Positions 9,296-18,633 of a stretch of 64,000 bases of DNA are shown here, one piece after another. Made by a program: the position numbers and the translations under genes. This DNA is from a virus. The notes beneath the pieces were generated by a model. That model had not been told where the DNA came from, searched no databases, and saw only the letters and a program-made list of their open reading frames with translations. The stretch covers positions 110,187 to 174,186 of the IMG/VR virus record IMGVR_UViG_3300044701_003269, one strand, 5' to 3'. Within the stretch, counting starts at the first letter, position 1; every line of letters starts with the position of its first letter.

Positions 9296-9531
9296 CTGAA
9301 GAAGATAAGTATGCTCTCAAAGAGTTATTCCGTGGTTTTGGTGTATTTGCTGGTGCCTCTGCTGTCTTTATCGTTATTATTCTTGTGCTTTCTTACTTTG
9401 CCTCAGGTGGTGAGCCATTGAAACCATCTTTTGAAGTAGTTGATGAATACAAAGGATGTGATGTAGTAAGATATGCTCCACATCAGGCAGCAGAGTACAA
9501 GTATTTCCTCTATTGTGAGAAGAATAAATGA
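9292..9531 (+). CDS. Hypothetical single-TM protein
   Basis: TM segment followed by FEVVDEYKGCDVVRY. Confidence 0.65.
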   Translation: MTEEDKYALKELFRGFGVFAGASAVFIVIILVLSYFASGGEPLKPSFEVVDEYKGCDVVRYAPHQAAEYKYFLYCEKNK

Positions 9532-10172
9532 ATGAAGATATGCCTTGGGTCAATCTCACTCAAGAAGAAATAAAAGAACTTCGTAACAAAAAACACGAAC
9601 TCACTGAATACGGCAAACAGAGATTGAAAGATCTTATGAATAATGACTTAACCTTTAAAACTAATGGGAAAGAAACATTCAGTATTCCTTCTCAAACTCT
9701 TGGAAATCTTACTCTTGGAACCAAAACACCTGAAACTAAACTTGAAGTAAAGGAAATGAGCCACGAAGAGATGTTAGAAGAGGCAGCACGAAGAGAAGCA
9801 GAAAATAAGGCACTTGCTGCTCTCGATGAACTCTATGAGAAGCACGGTGATGCTATGCTGAAACTTGCTGAGATTGAGAAGGAAGAATGGGAACGCAAAG
9901 AACGCAGTGACACTGTGCTGCGACGGTATAATCACTTCTACAATGAAGAATGTTCTGGTCTTCCTCACGGCACACCAATAACCCCAGAACATATGCAAGC
10001 AATGGCACTTGAATGTATGATTGATGCTCTCCTTTGTGAGAATATGAATGTAGAGTATAATGCTATTGCTATTGATGATATTAAGGATTTGATTGCACGA
10101 TTATATCAACAGAGTAATGAGTTTCTAAAGAGAGTACAAGAATTCAAAGATAGTGCTGATGGAGTAGCATAA
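9528..10172 (+). CDS. Hypothetical protein
   Basis: 214-aa ORF. Confidence 0.7.
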   Translation: MNEDMPWVNLTQEEIKELRNKKHELTEYGKQRLKDLMNNDLTFKTNGKETFSIPSQTLGNLTLGTKTPETKLEVKEMSHEEMLEEAARREAENKALAALDELYEKHGDAMLKLAEIEKEEWERKERSDTVLRRYNHFYNEECSGLPHGTPITPEHMQAMALECMIDALLCENMNVEYNAIAIDDIKDLIARLYQQSNEFLKRVQEFKDSADGVA

Positions 10173-10319
10173 TGGACCTCACATTTAGACAACACATTTT
10201 GTTATTATCTGCAATCACGGTATTTTATGATGAGGTTGCAAAGACTGATAATTCTGAAATGAAACACGAAATTATGGAACTTGCTGATATTATCCAAGAG
10301 TCCGCAGAGAAGATGAAAA

Positions 10320-10592
10320 ATGCCTGAAATAGACATATCAAAAGTTCTTATAGAAGGTGATACTGCAACCATTATGGGTGTAGAATATAAAAGAATGGAG
10401 AACAAAATGAGTCGCTTCACTGAAAATCCTGATGAGATTGTGTTGAAGAATATTGATCTATTTCACCTGGAAAGTATGAATGAAAGAACACTATGGATTG
10501 GTGTATATGGTAAGGATGGTAAAATCTATCACTTAAACATTTCTGCAGATGGTGATAAACTAAAATACTATTGGAGTCAAGAGGCACCATAA
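10320..10592 (+). CDS. Hypothetical protein
   Basis: ORF track. Confidence 0.6.
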   Translation: MPEIDISKVLIEGDTATIMGVEYKRMENKMSRFTENPDEIVLKNIDLFHLESMNERTLWIGVYGKDGKIYHLNISADGDKLKYYWSQEAP

Positions 10593-10623
10593 ATAACAAT
10601 ACCTGTAAGTCGCATTATAGGTG

Positions 10624-10651
10624 GAAAAGGTGCTTTCGGGCACCTTTTCTT
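10624..10651 (+). terminator. UUCG-tetraloop hairpin terminator
   Basis: GAAAAGGTGCT-TTCG-GGCACCTTTTC. Confidence 0.75.
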
Positions 10652-10652
10652 A

Positions 10653-10660
10653 TATAAATA
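10653..10660 (+). promoter_or_regulatory. T4-type late promoter
   Basis: TATAAATA 25 nt before the ATG at 10686. Confidence 0.75.
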
Positions 10661-10685
10661 GTATTGCGACTTACAGAGTAGAACT

Positions 10686-11303
10686 ATGACTTCACAAAGT
10701 CCAAGAATATACACATATAAGATTACCTTTGAAGAAGTTCCTTACTATTACTATGGAGTTCATAAGGAAAAAAAGTTTGATGAGGAGTATTGGGGAACAC
10801 CAGTAACAAATAAATGGTGTTGGGAACTTTATACACCAAAGAAACAAATATTGGAAGTGTTTGATTATACTGATAATGGATGGGTGGAAGCAAATAGAAT
10901 TGAAAAAATAATAATCAAACAATTTTATAATACAGATAGATGGTGTTTGAATGAAAGTTGTGGTGGGGATATTTCGTTAGATATAAGAAGAAAAACTGGT
11001 AAAATAATCGGTAAAATGGTAGGCAAGAAAAATGCTAAAAGAAACAAAGAACTTGGTGTTGCTATTTTTTCACTCACACCAGAACAATTGAGTGAAAATG
11101 GTAAAAAAGGAGCAGCAAAAGTAAAAGAACTTGGTCTTGGGATATTTGGAATGACTATGGAGCAAAAATTAAATGCCGCAAAAACTACAAACTCTCAAAG
11201 GTGGATGTGTGTTGAAACTGGTTTTATTACATCTTCTGGACCACTTACCAGATATCAACAAAAAAGAAATATAGACACTTCTAAACGAGTTAGAATATCA
11301 TAA
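10686..11303 (+). CDS. GIY-YIG (Seg-like) free-standing homing endonuclease
   Basis: IYTYKIT...YYYGVH...YWGT...E...CLNESCGG nuclease domain; basic repeated C-terminal DNA-binding region; lower GC than neighbours. Confidence 0.75.
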   Translation: MTSQSPRIYTYKITFEEVPYYYYGVHKEKKFDEEYWGTPVTNKWCWELYTPKKQILEVFDYTDNGWVEANRIEKIIIKQFYNTDRWCLNESCGGDISLDIRRKTGKIIGKMVGKKNAKRNKELGVAIFSLTPEQLSENGKKGAAKVKELGLGIFGMTMEQKLNAAKTTNSQRWMCVETGFITSSGPLTRYQQKRNIDTSKRVRIS

Positions 11304-11304
11304 G

Positions 11305-11361
11305 GACACTTGAAGAACTGGCATAAAGGCACTTTACAGGTGCCCTTTTTGATGATATTAT
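11305..11361 (+). promoter_or_regulatory. Early promoter module
   Basis: GACACT-N6-ACTGGC; hairpin GGCAC/GTGCC around TTTACA; 17 bp; TATTAT. Confidence 0.55.
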
Positions 11362-11383
11362 ACTTTTATAAGCAACCAAACTG

Positions 11384-11557
11384 ATGAACTACCTTTGTCT
11401 TGTTGATGGTCTTGTTGAGTATAGTAGCACCAGTTTGACTGATTTTGCTCATTACCAACTGATGTATGCCGAAGAACATCGTGATGCTAATGTAGAGTAT
11501 CTTACTCTGACCGATGAAGAGTTTGATGCTTTGTTCCCTGTGGAGGATGAAGAGTGA
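11384..11557 (+). CDS. Small acidic hypothetical protein (57 aa)
   Basis: Hand translation MNYLCLVDGLVEYS...; GTGA overlap with the next ORF. Confidence 0.6.
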   Translation: MNYLCLVDGLVEYSSTSLTDFAHYQLMYAEEHRDANVEYLTLTDEEFDALFPVEDEE

Positions 11558-11892
11558 GACTTGAAGAACCAACAAAATGGGAATATTTCCTTGATGGTTT
11601 CCGCAACATTCTGTGTATTATTGATTGTTATAATGACGGTGATGAATGGGGTTATGATGAGTTCTGGGAAAGTTTAAGTATTGGTTGGTATAGAGAATAT
11701 ATCTTTCCTTATGATGACCCATACAATCTAACTATCAGCCCAGAACGTAAGTTGAGATTAGCACAAGAACTACCAACATTTTATGTTTCAGAAGAAGCAT
11801 ATGATGAACTGATAGAAGCAATTAATAGTCCTCCAAAACCATCACAGGGACTGATTAACCTTATGAACCGTAAAGTACCTTGGGAAGAATGA
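11554..11892 (+). CDS. Hypothetical protein with DUF1778/TacA-like C-terminal segment
   Basis: VSEEAYDELIEAINSPPKPSQGLINLM. Confidence 0.55.
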   Translation: MRLEEPTKWEYFLDGFRNILCIIDCYNDGDEWGYDEFWESLSIGWYREYIFPYDDPYNLTISPERKLRLAQELPTFYVSEEAYDELIEAINSPPKPSQGLINLMNRKVPWEE

Positions 11893-12062
11893 CTGATAAA
11901 TCTAAAATGTTCTACAACATTTGGTGTTGTGCTTATAACCGACGAACACTATATAAAGGAACTGCAAGAGAACACAGAGAACACGAAACCGTGAGAATGT
12001 GTTTAGATATGAAAGACGTGAAGTTCTATCAGTTTGATACAGAAAGACCGCACTACATCTAA
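11889..12062 (+). CDS. Hypothetical protein
   Basis: MTDKSK start. Confidence 0.6.
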   Translation: MTDKSKMFYNIWCCAYNRRTLYKGTAREHREHETVRMCLDMKDVKFYQFDTERPHYI

Positions 12063-12361
12063 TGACCTGGCCTCAATACATCTTCCAACACCTTATACCA
12101 ACTTGGTTCTTTTCCTTTAAGCATAACTTTAGGATTTGGAGTGACTTGATGACTTCAAATTATGAGAGTTATGCACTAATGCGAGAAGATGACCCAGAGG
12201 AAGAATGTAAAGAATGGTTCTGGACTTCTCTGAATGAAGACGACACATATTCAAAAGATTTTCTTGAGTATCTACAGCAAATGGTAGATGATATTGAAAG
12301 TGGAAAGGTTAAGACTTATACTTTAGATGAGATAAGTGACCTTTTTAAGGAGGAAGACTGA
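12062..12361 (+). CDS. Hypothetical protein
   Basis: ORF track. Confidence 0.65.
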   Translation: MTWPQYIFQHLIPTWFFSFKHNFRIWSDLMTSNYESYALMREDDPEEECKEWFWTSLNEDDTYSKDFLEYLQQMVDDIESGKVKTYTLDEISDLFKEED

Positions 12362-12756
12362 TGGGAATGTATGATACTATCCGTTCTTCATATGACTTGG
12401 GAGAACAATTTACAAATGTAGAGTTACAAACAAAGGATATTGAAGAATGTTATGGTGGCACAATGACTGACTACTGGATAGACCCAGCAGGTTATTTGTG
12501 GTGCGGTGATTATACTAACACTGCTGCTATGGAAATCTATGAGGAAGGACACCCAAAGTATAATGCTGATAAGTCGTGGTTGAACTTTGAGTGGATACCT
12601 ACAGGAATTCACGGTAAGTATAGAGTTCATCCAATTACAAAATACGTAGAGATTTACGCTGCTAAATGGGACGGTGAATGGGCTGACTGGCCCCGTTGCA
12701 GAATCCACTTCAAGTATGGTAGAGTGGTTGAGCACGAACATCTCCCCAGAAATTGA
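12361..12756 (+). CDS. Conserved hypothetical phage protein (MGMYD...QTKD family)
   Basis: MGMYDTI...LQTKDI motif; AGGAGG SD. Confidence 0.7.
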   Translation: MGMYDTIRSSYDLGEQFTNVELQTKDIEECYGGTMTDYWIDPAGYLWCGDYTNTAAMEIYEEGHPKYNADKSWLNFEWIPTGIHGKYRVHPITKYVEIYAAKWDGEWADWPRCRIHFKYGRVVEHEHLPRN

Positions 12757-13070
12757 TTTCTACAGAACTATTCCCCTACGAAAATCACCCATACAGATTA
12801 GAGTTTGGTGAAAAGAAAAACCCTACAGTCTGTTTCTTTTCGTGTGAAGAACACTTGCAAAAATACCTCACACGGTATAAACTGGATGAGAGAACTATTA
12901 AACTTGATTACCGTGATGGAGAACCCGTTGAGTCTGGTAAAAAACAGCAGAACAGTATACAGAAAAGACCTAGAAAGACCAGTGACCGAAGTTCTGGTAC
13001 AAGTAAAGGACGAACCACCCTCGTGGATTCCCCTAGAAACACTACTAGCCCTACAAAGCGTAAGAAATGA
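12753..13070 (+). CDS. Hypothetical protein
   Basis: ORF track; tail overlaps the next gene. Confidence 0.55.
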   Translation: MISTELFPYENHPYRLEFGEKKNPTVCFFSCEEHLQKYLTRYKLDERTIKLDYRDGEPVESGKKQQNSIQKRPRKTSDRSSGTSKGRTTLVDSPRNTTSPTKRKK

Positions 13071-13083
13071 CATCCAAAACTAA
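12916..13083 (+). CDS. Hypothetical protein (MENPLSLVKN...)
   Basis: Protein-like composition in the second frame. Confidence 0.5.
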   Translation: MENPLSLVKNSRTVYRKDLERPVTEVLVQVKDEPPSWIPLETLLALQSVRNDIQN

Positions 13084-13214
13084 TCTTATTCTTGCTCTGC
13101 AGCAAGTAGAAAACATTGGTAATCTTGTGCGAGAGAATAACTATGAAGCATTTTTTACTTCACATCTTTTGCCTATTAAATTTGAACTTGAACGACAACT
13201 AACACTACAAAAGA

Positions 13215-13421
13215 ATGGAAAAGAAACTATATGATGATGCCTTCTATGTGGAGGAAAAGAAGTATGGGCTTTGGACCTCATCAGATAAAGAAGGTAATGG
13301 TATTATCACATCACTAACTGAGGAGCAGTGTGTTAGGTCTACACGATGGTATTTGAAAGCAAAGCAGGAGGGATTTGAGGAAACGCAAACATACGATGGC
13401 GAAGTAGGAGGCAAACTCTAA
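13215..13421 (+). CDS. Hypothetical phage protein
   Basis: Ends in VGGKL. Confidence 0.65.
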   Translation: MEKKLYDDAFYVEEKKYGLWTSSDKEGNGIITSLTEEQCVRSTRWYLKAKQEGFEETQTYDGEVGGKL

Positions 13422-13431
13422 ATATCAGAAG

Positions 13432-13656
13432 ATGCCTATTCTTCGGATGGAAGAACTGCATAAAGGAGATACCGTTAAGTTTGTTGGTTGCTCCAAAGAA
13501 CAGATAAACTGGGGCAACAATGATGACCCAAATAAACTACTTTTCGTTGGTGATAAGTATATCATTGAAAAAGTAGAAGTCCATTCATACCACACAAAAT
13601 TGACACTTCGCGGTGTTTATGGTAGATTTAACTCAACTTGTTTTAAAAAAGTATGA
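13432..13656 (+). CDS. Hypothetical SH3-like small protein
   Basis: ORF track. Confidence 0.6.
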   Translation: MPILRMEELHKGDTVKFVGCSKEQINWGNNDDPNKLLFVGDKYIIEKVEVHSYHTKLTLRGVYGRFNSTCFKKV

Positions 13657-13761
13657 CTACAAGAACTTTTATTGACAAAAATGGAAACAGTTGGGAGTGG
13701 GAAGAAACTCCCGAAACTGTTGAAGCACTCAAACAATTACATAATACTGTGAAGCAAGTAA

Positions 13762-13992
13762 ATGAACAGCAAACCACTAACGCCTGAAGAAGTCCAGGTA
13801 GCAGCAGAGCAATTCTTTCCACTATTTGATATTGTTCGCAATCGTATGCCCGAAAGTGCTACTATAGAAGACACACTGAAAGTAATGGAAACTGTCTGTG
13901 GTCTCGCACACAAACTTCGAGCAGAGGAAGAGAAAATCAAGTTCGGATTTAATAAGAATGAAACTAACACCGAACCAGCAACTGTGGGCTGA
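13762..13992 (+). CDS. Hypothetical protein
   Basis: ORF track. Confidence 0.65.
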   Translation: MNSKPLTPEEVQVAAEQFFPLFDIVRNRMPESATIEDTLKVMETVCGLAHKLRAEEEKIKFGFNKNETNTEPATVG

Positions 13993-14276
13993 TGTGTTTA
14001 GATGTGCTGTCTATCGGTCTAATCTTTACTTTGAAGAGAAAGACCTTGATAGGCACGCAAGAGAGCACACAACAGCAATTTTAGCACTTCAAAAGGGTGA
14101 AAAATTTTGGATGAAATTTCTGTAGAGTATCAATACCACGTTTTTGATGAAACAACTCCTTGGTATGAATGGTTAATGTATTGTGAAATCTGCCATCAAT
14201 TAGACGTTCCAGGTCAACCTTCCCTGGGACGTTTTATGGCATATCGTAGATATTTAAAATCTGTTGGATTATTATA

Positions 14277-14501
14277 ATGATTCGTAAATTTATCAAATGG
14301 TTTATCACACCTTCACCTAAGCCTATTGTTGAAGATGTTGACTTGTATGCTAAAATTGTAGAACTTGAGAATCGGATTGCAGACCTAGAATGTGAAAATG
14401 TGGAGACATCAAATTGTCTTTATGAACTATCAAATCATATTGAGGCAGTTGATGCTCGTATAGATATTTTGTCCGTTGAAGCATTTACAAAAAATGTATG
14501 A
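14277..14501 (+). CDS. Hypothetical coiled-coil protein
   Basis: ORF track. Confidence 0.65.
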   Translation: MIRKFIKWFITPSPKPIVEDVDLYAKIVELENRIADLECENVETSNCLYELSNHIEAVDARIDILSVEAFTKNV

Positions 14502-14667
14502 ACTCGACGATTTTGAAAAAGCACTGTCACATTTTGGAAAAAGAGTTGAAATCATTATTGCACTTGAAATGGGTGGAAAGTTAAATGCTGAAGCTGCTTA
14601 CAAGAATATTAAATATGAACTCAGAGAACTCAAAAAACTTAGAAAGAAGCACAACAAGGAGATGTAG
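14494..14667 (+). CDS. Hypothetical protein
   Basis: MYELDDFE start. Confidence 0.6.
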   Translation: MYELDDFEKALSHFGKRVEIIIALEMGGKLNAEAAYKNIKYELRELKKLRKKHNKEM

Positions 14668-14781
14668 TAATTGTGGTGAAGTAAAACCACTTGATGAAAA
14701 TCACTACCAACCTCTAAAACATTTCAAAGAACACTTTTCGTTCTATTGCAACGAGTGTAACAAACCCAAACCCAAAGAAGA

Positions 14782-15579
14782 TTGATTATGACTGACTTTG
14801 ATTATAAAAAGTATTCACTTGAAAAACTTGAAACTTGGGTGAGAGATGCTGTGTCTTCTGCAGAAGCATCTCCGCACGAAATTTATGAAACCATCACAAA
14901 AGTTGTGAAGGACGAATACTATTACTTCAAAAACCAAACAAGTCGTCTTTATGAACTTCTTAGTTTATTGAATGGTTTTGGTAAGAGTCAATATGAATCT
15001 ATTTCTGACCCTGACTTGTGGGATACTATTAAAGATAGAGAATATTATGAAGGATGGGATTATAAATTAACTTGTGATAAAGATGATAAGTCTCCCGAGT
15101 GTCAAAAAGCCTGGAATGATTTCTGGGAAGAGAACTATTATCCTGAAGAACATTCGCAATACTCTAAAGAAACAGTAGATGATGGTATGCGTCCTTGGGG
15201 TCATAGTGATTTGGAATATCTTGCCAACTCTGTTCTAACTGAAGACCGCATTAGTAATTTTCCTGGAGAACAATACTCTGAAGAAGAACTAAACGCGATG
15301 TGTGATAGAGCAGCATCGCAACAAGAGAAAGAAAAGTGCCGTGAATATAACCTACGGGAAGCAGAGTATTATGATAAGAGAGCAAAGCTTGACGCAGAGC
15401 AAGATAAAGTGGTAAAATGGCAACTACCTGTTGAAGTTGACGGATTAACTGGTGATTGTTTTATTCAATTCCCAGATGATTTGTTGGAAGCAGCGAATCT
15501 AAAAGAAGGCGACCAAGTAGAATGGGTTGACCTTAAAAATGGTAATTATGAATTGAGGAAAGTAAATGGCACTAAGTGA
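14782..15579 (+). CDS. Acidic protein with C-terminal AbrB/MazE-like DNA-binding domain
   Basis: FIQFPDDLLEAANLKEGDQVEW...NGNYELRK. Confidence 0.65.
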   Translation: MIMTDFDYKKYSLEKLETWVRDAVSSAEASPHEIYETITKVVKDEYYYFKNQTSRLYELLSLLNGFGKSQYESISDPDLWDTIKDREYYEGWDYKLTCDKDDKSPECQKAWNDFWEENYYPEEHSQYSKETVDDGMRPWGHSDLEYLANSVLTEDRISNFPGEQYSEEELNAMCDRAASQQEKEKCREYNLREAEYYDKRAKLDAEQDKVVKWQLPVEVDGLTGDCFIQFPDDLLEAANLKEGDQVEWVDLKNGNYELRKVNGTK

Positions 15580-15796
15580 ATCCGTAGAACAAAGCTTAAA
15601 AGAAGCAGAATCAAATTTGAGAAATGCTCTTGCATATTCTGCAAGACAAGAAAAACCTTTTGTAAGTCGTGAGATTTCGGAGATGATTTGTCGAATTGAT
15701 AGTCTAATCAAAACCGACCAACTCCTAGATACACTTGAAAATAGAATGAAAGGATTGGGTGATGATAAAGGTTCTTTTGGAACTTTCTTTAGTTAA
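15566..15796 (+). CDS. Hypothetical phage protein
   Basis: ORF track; GAGG SD. Confidence 0.7.
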   Translation: MALSESVEQSLKEAESNLRNALAYSARQEKPFVSREISEMICRIDSLIKTDQLLDTLENRMKGLGDDKGSFGTFFS

Positions 15797-15890
15797 GAAC
15801 TGTTAATACACTCTAAAGACAATATTAAGAAACCGCACATCTTGCTTAAATACTGTTAGGATATGAAGACAAACGCGGGAGCAAAACAGT

Positions 15891-16055
15891 ATGACTCTTC
15901 CATCAAGGGGACAAGAGAATCTAACAGAAGATGAATGGTATAGAATGACCGCACTTAAAAATGTAATCAATCAAAGACCAGCAGCAGTTGTCCCAGAAAA
16001 AATGGAAGAGTTTACTGAGTATTTGGTGAGAAGTTTAAAAGAAAAGGGTGGTTGA
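15891..16055 (+). CDS. Small hypothetical protein (54 aa)
   Basis: Hand-called ORF; TGA overlaps repeat copy 2. Confidence 0.55.
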   Translation: MTLPSRGQENLTEDEWYRMTALKNVINQRPAAVVPEKMEEFTEYLVRSLKEKGG

Positions 16056-16090
16056 ATTAAAGTTACTTAGCTCCAAAGTGGACCTATAGT
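16055..16090 (+). repeat. 36-bp repeat, copy 2
   Basis: AATTAAAGTTACTTAGCTCCAAAGTGGACCTATAGT. Confidence 0.95.
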
Positions 16091-16107
16091 GTAAGCACAT
16101 CATTGAA

Positions 16108-16518
16108 ATGGCAACTCGCGGACGAATCGGACTGGAACTGAAAGACGGTTCTATTCTTTCGGTTTATCATCATTGGGACTCTTATGAATCCTGGTTGGGT
16201 CGTATTCTCACCACTCACTACAACTCTTATGAGAAAGCTGCAGAGTTGATTGATGGTGGAGATATGAGTTCTGCGTGGACTAATGCAGGTTTCAACAATG
16301 AAACTGTCGCACAAGGTCCGCTGTATTATTCTCAACGCGGTGATGATTGCCCCCCTCGCCTTGATGCTGACCTCTGTGAGTTTCTGCTGCCTGATAATAG
16401 CGAAGAGTATGCCTATGTCTTCCGCAATAGTGAGTGGGTATGCTATAATATGAATCAGTTTGACGACAGCAAACTGCCTGAAGTTGTTGAAATCCCTAGT
16501 GGAGCACTTGCAGTATGA
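16108..16518 (+). CDS. Conserved hypothetical phage protein (MxTRxRIG...YxHWD family)
   Basis: MATRGRIG, VYHHWDSY, LIDGGDMS, EEYAYVF. Confidence 0.75.
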   Translation: MATRGRIGLELKDGSILSVYHHWDSYESWLGRILTTHYNSYEKAAELIDGGDMSSAWTNAGFNNETVAQGPLYYSQRGDDCPPRLDADLCEFLLPDNSEEYAYVFRNSEWVCYNMNQFDDSKLPEVVEIPSGALAV

Positions 16519-16667
16519 ATACTTATGAGTTTTGGAATGAATCTGCAGACGAAACTATTGAGATTGAAGCTGATGGATTTGAGGAAGCATCGACCATTAT
16601 GTTTGGCGATGGAGAATACGATTCCAAAGATTGGACCCTTCTAACTGTAAACGGTCAGTATTGAACT

Positions 16668-16859
16668 ATGAAAACTTCTACTGCTATTGGCGTTATTATT
16701 GGTGCTATTGCTATTGTAACTGCCAGCATCTTATTTGAAGCAGCATTGCTTGGATTGATTTTGTCTTGGTTCAACGTATCCTTGACCTTCTGGCAGAACC
16801 TTGCTATTGTGGTTCTTGCTAATATGATTTTCAAAAACACTGGGAGTTCTTCTAAGTGA
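16668..16859 (+). CDS. Small membrane protein
   Basis: Two hydrophobic segments. Confidence 0.65.
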   Translation: MKTSTAIGVIIGAIAIVTASILFEAALLGLILSWFNVSLTFWQNLAIVVLANMIFKNTGSSSK

Positions 16860-17315
16860 ATCGCAAATACATTATCACTTTTGCATTGGGATTCCTTGCA
16901 ATCATTGGATGGAATGTGTTTCTAATCCAACGTGATGAGAAACTCTATGATTCATACTATCGCGCAAAAGCGATGGAGAATCTAAAGAAACCACCTTCTG
17001 CTGAAATACGGTGATTTACTTTCTTCTTATTTCTGCAGCATTTGGGTGGTTCTTTTATGTCCTATTCTCCAAACATTTTGATTACTTAGACGAGAGAAAA
17101 AACAAATGATTCCTAAACTACTTCGAGAGCTGATTATGAACGCCGAACGCGAAAAAGTTGCCCGTGATTTTTGGGACGAGATTGAGCGTCTTGCTGCCGA
17201 AAAAGAAGTGACTGTCGATTATTTCTTAGCTGAGTTTTACTGATGATTTTTATTGCTGGATTTGGTCTTGGTATTCTAGTCACAATCGGAGTTGCACTTA
17301 TTGTCTCTGGTGATA

Positions 17316-17344
17316 TTGACAACAACACTGATTTTCGTTAAACT
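17316..17344 (+). promoter_or_regulatory. Sigma70-type promoter
   Basis: TTGACA-17-TAAACT upstream of AAGGAG and ORF 17368. Confidence 0.6.
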
Positions 17345-17367
17345 TAAGGAGTAATTTACAAACAACA

Positions 17368-17610
17368 ATGGCACAAAAGTTTCTCTACATTGTAGACCAC
17401 TACATTCCTTTTCCTTCTAGTGAATATGGCGGACTTTGGAATGTAATTGCAGAAGATGATAACGAATGTTTTGATTTGATTTCTGCAGAAGATGATGGTA
17501 ATTTCTACGAACAGCACTATACTGTTCTTCGTGAAAACATCTTAAATGCAAGAACTTATGCACTTGCCGAAGACTTGCAATCCACTGTTGTTGAAAGCTT
17601 TACGACCTGA
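17368..17610 (+). CDS. Hypothetical phage protein
   Basis: YIVDHYIPFPSSEYGGLW. Confidence 0.7.
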   Translation: MAQKFLYIVDHYIPFPSSEYGGLWNVIAEDDNECFDLISAEDDGNFYEQHYTVLRENILNARTYALAEDLQSTVVESFTT

Positions 17611-17760
17611 TGATTAATACTACAATCAACCGCCTGGAATTCGATTTGAAAGAACAGTACCAGGCACAAATTAATCGTCTTCAAAATAAGATTAGCGAGC
17701 AGGAACAAGAGATTGCCAAACTCAAAACACTGATTTCTCTTCTTACTATTGAACGAGAGT

Positions 17761-18042
17761 ATGATTGCTGAATTTCCGCACAAAGCCCCAAAAGATTATA
17801 GTTATGAGTTCGAAGAGTTTAAACGTGGCGTGGTCTCTATTTGGTTGCGTTGTCATCGCAAGTTTGATTACAATAATGGTGCCTCAACCAGAACCATCTG
17901 GGGGTTTTGGTCAAAAAAAGATAGGAAGTTCTATTCTCCTGTAAATAGCAAAACTATTGGAAAAGAAATTGCGATTGATAAAACAACCCCATATACATCT
18001 ATGCCATTAAAACTTACTCCTTTGGAAGCAGCATTTTTTTAG
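17761..18042 (+). CDS. Hypothetical phage protein
   Basis: MIAEFPHKAP...TIWGF...TTPYTSM. Confidence 0.7.
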   Translation: MIAEFPHKAPKDYSYEFEEFKRGVVSIWLRCHRKFDYNNGASTRTIWGFWSKKDRKFYSPVNSKTIGKEIAIDKTTPYTSMPLKLTPLEAAFF

Positions 18043-18046
18043 GTGT

Positions 18047-18135
18047 GGGGCATCAACTTGTGTCTTGGCGGATTATAGTTGTGTAAGACCCCTTAAGTAT
18101 GGTATAATAAATACATATGTCTCGCCAAGGCACAA
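18047..18135 (+). ncRNA. Structured leader element, copy A (stem-loop whose loop is complementary to the nuclease start region), containing late promoter ATAAATA
   Basis: GGGG..CAACT-loop-AGTTG..CCCC; TTGTGTCTTGGCG 18058-18070 pairs with CGCCAAGGCACAA 18123-18135. Confidence 0.6.
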
Positions 18136-18633
18136 ATGTATTACACTTACGCATATCTACGAGAAGATGGAACTCCTTACTACATCGGTAAAGGAACTGG
18201 TTATAGAATAAACGACAAAAAAAGAAAAAACATTAGTGTTCCACCAAGAAATAGAAGATTAATTCTCAAAACATTTTCTAATGAAAAAGATGCCTTCAAA
18301 CACGAAATCTATATGATAAGTGTTTATGGTCGCAAAGATAAGAAAACAGGTATTTTGAGAAACCTGACAGATGGTGGTGAAGGAACTACAAATGTTATTC
18401 GCAGTAAAGAACATTTAAATGCCTTAAGTGAAGGTAGAAAACACATTTACACTGAAGAACATTCTAAAAAAATTAGCAAAACTCTAAAAGAAAAAAATAT
18501 CAAACCACCCATACAAACAGGTAAAAAATGGTGGTATAATGGTGAAAAAACTACATTATCAAAAGAATGTCCAGGTCTCGGTTGGAAGCTTGGAAGACCC
18601 TCTGTAAATAATTGGAGTGTTTTGAACAAATGA
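18136..18633 (+). CDS. GIY-YIG family homing endonuclease with NUMOD-type C-terminus
   Basis: YYTYAY...PYYIGKG..R...E...LRNLTDGGEG; HSKKISKTLK; KWWYNG. Confidence 0.8.
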   Translation: MYYTYAYLREDGTPYYIGKGTGYRINDKKRKNISVPPRNRRLILKTFSNEKDAFKHEIYMISVYGRKDKKTGILRNLTDGGEGTTNVIRSKEHLNALSEGRKHIYTEEHSKKISKTLKEKNIKPPIQTGKKWWYNGEKTTLSKECPGLGWKLGRPSVNNWSVLNK

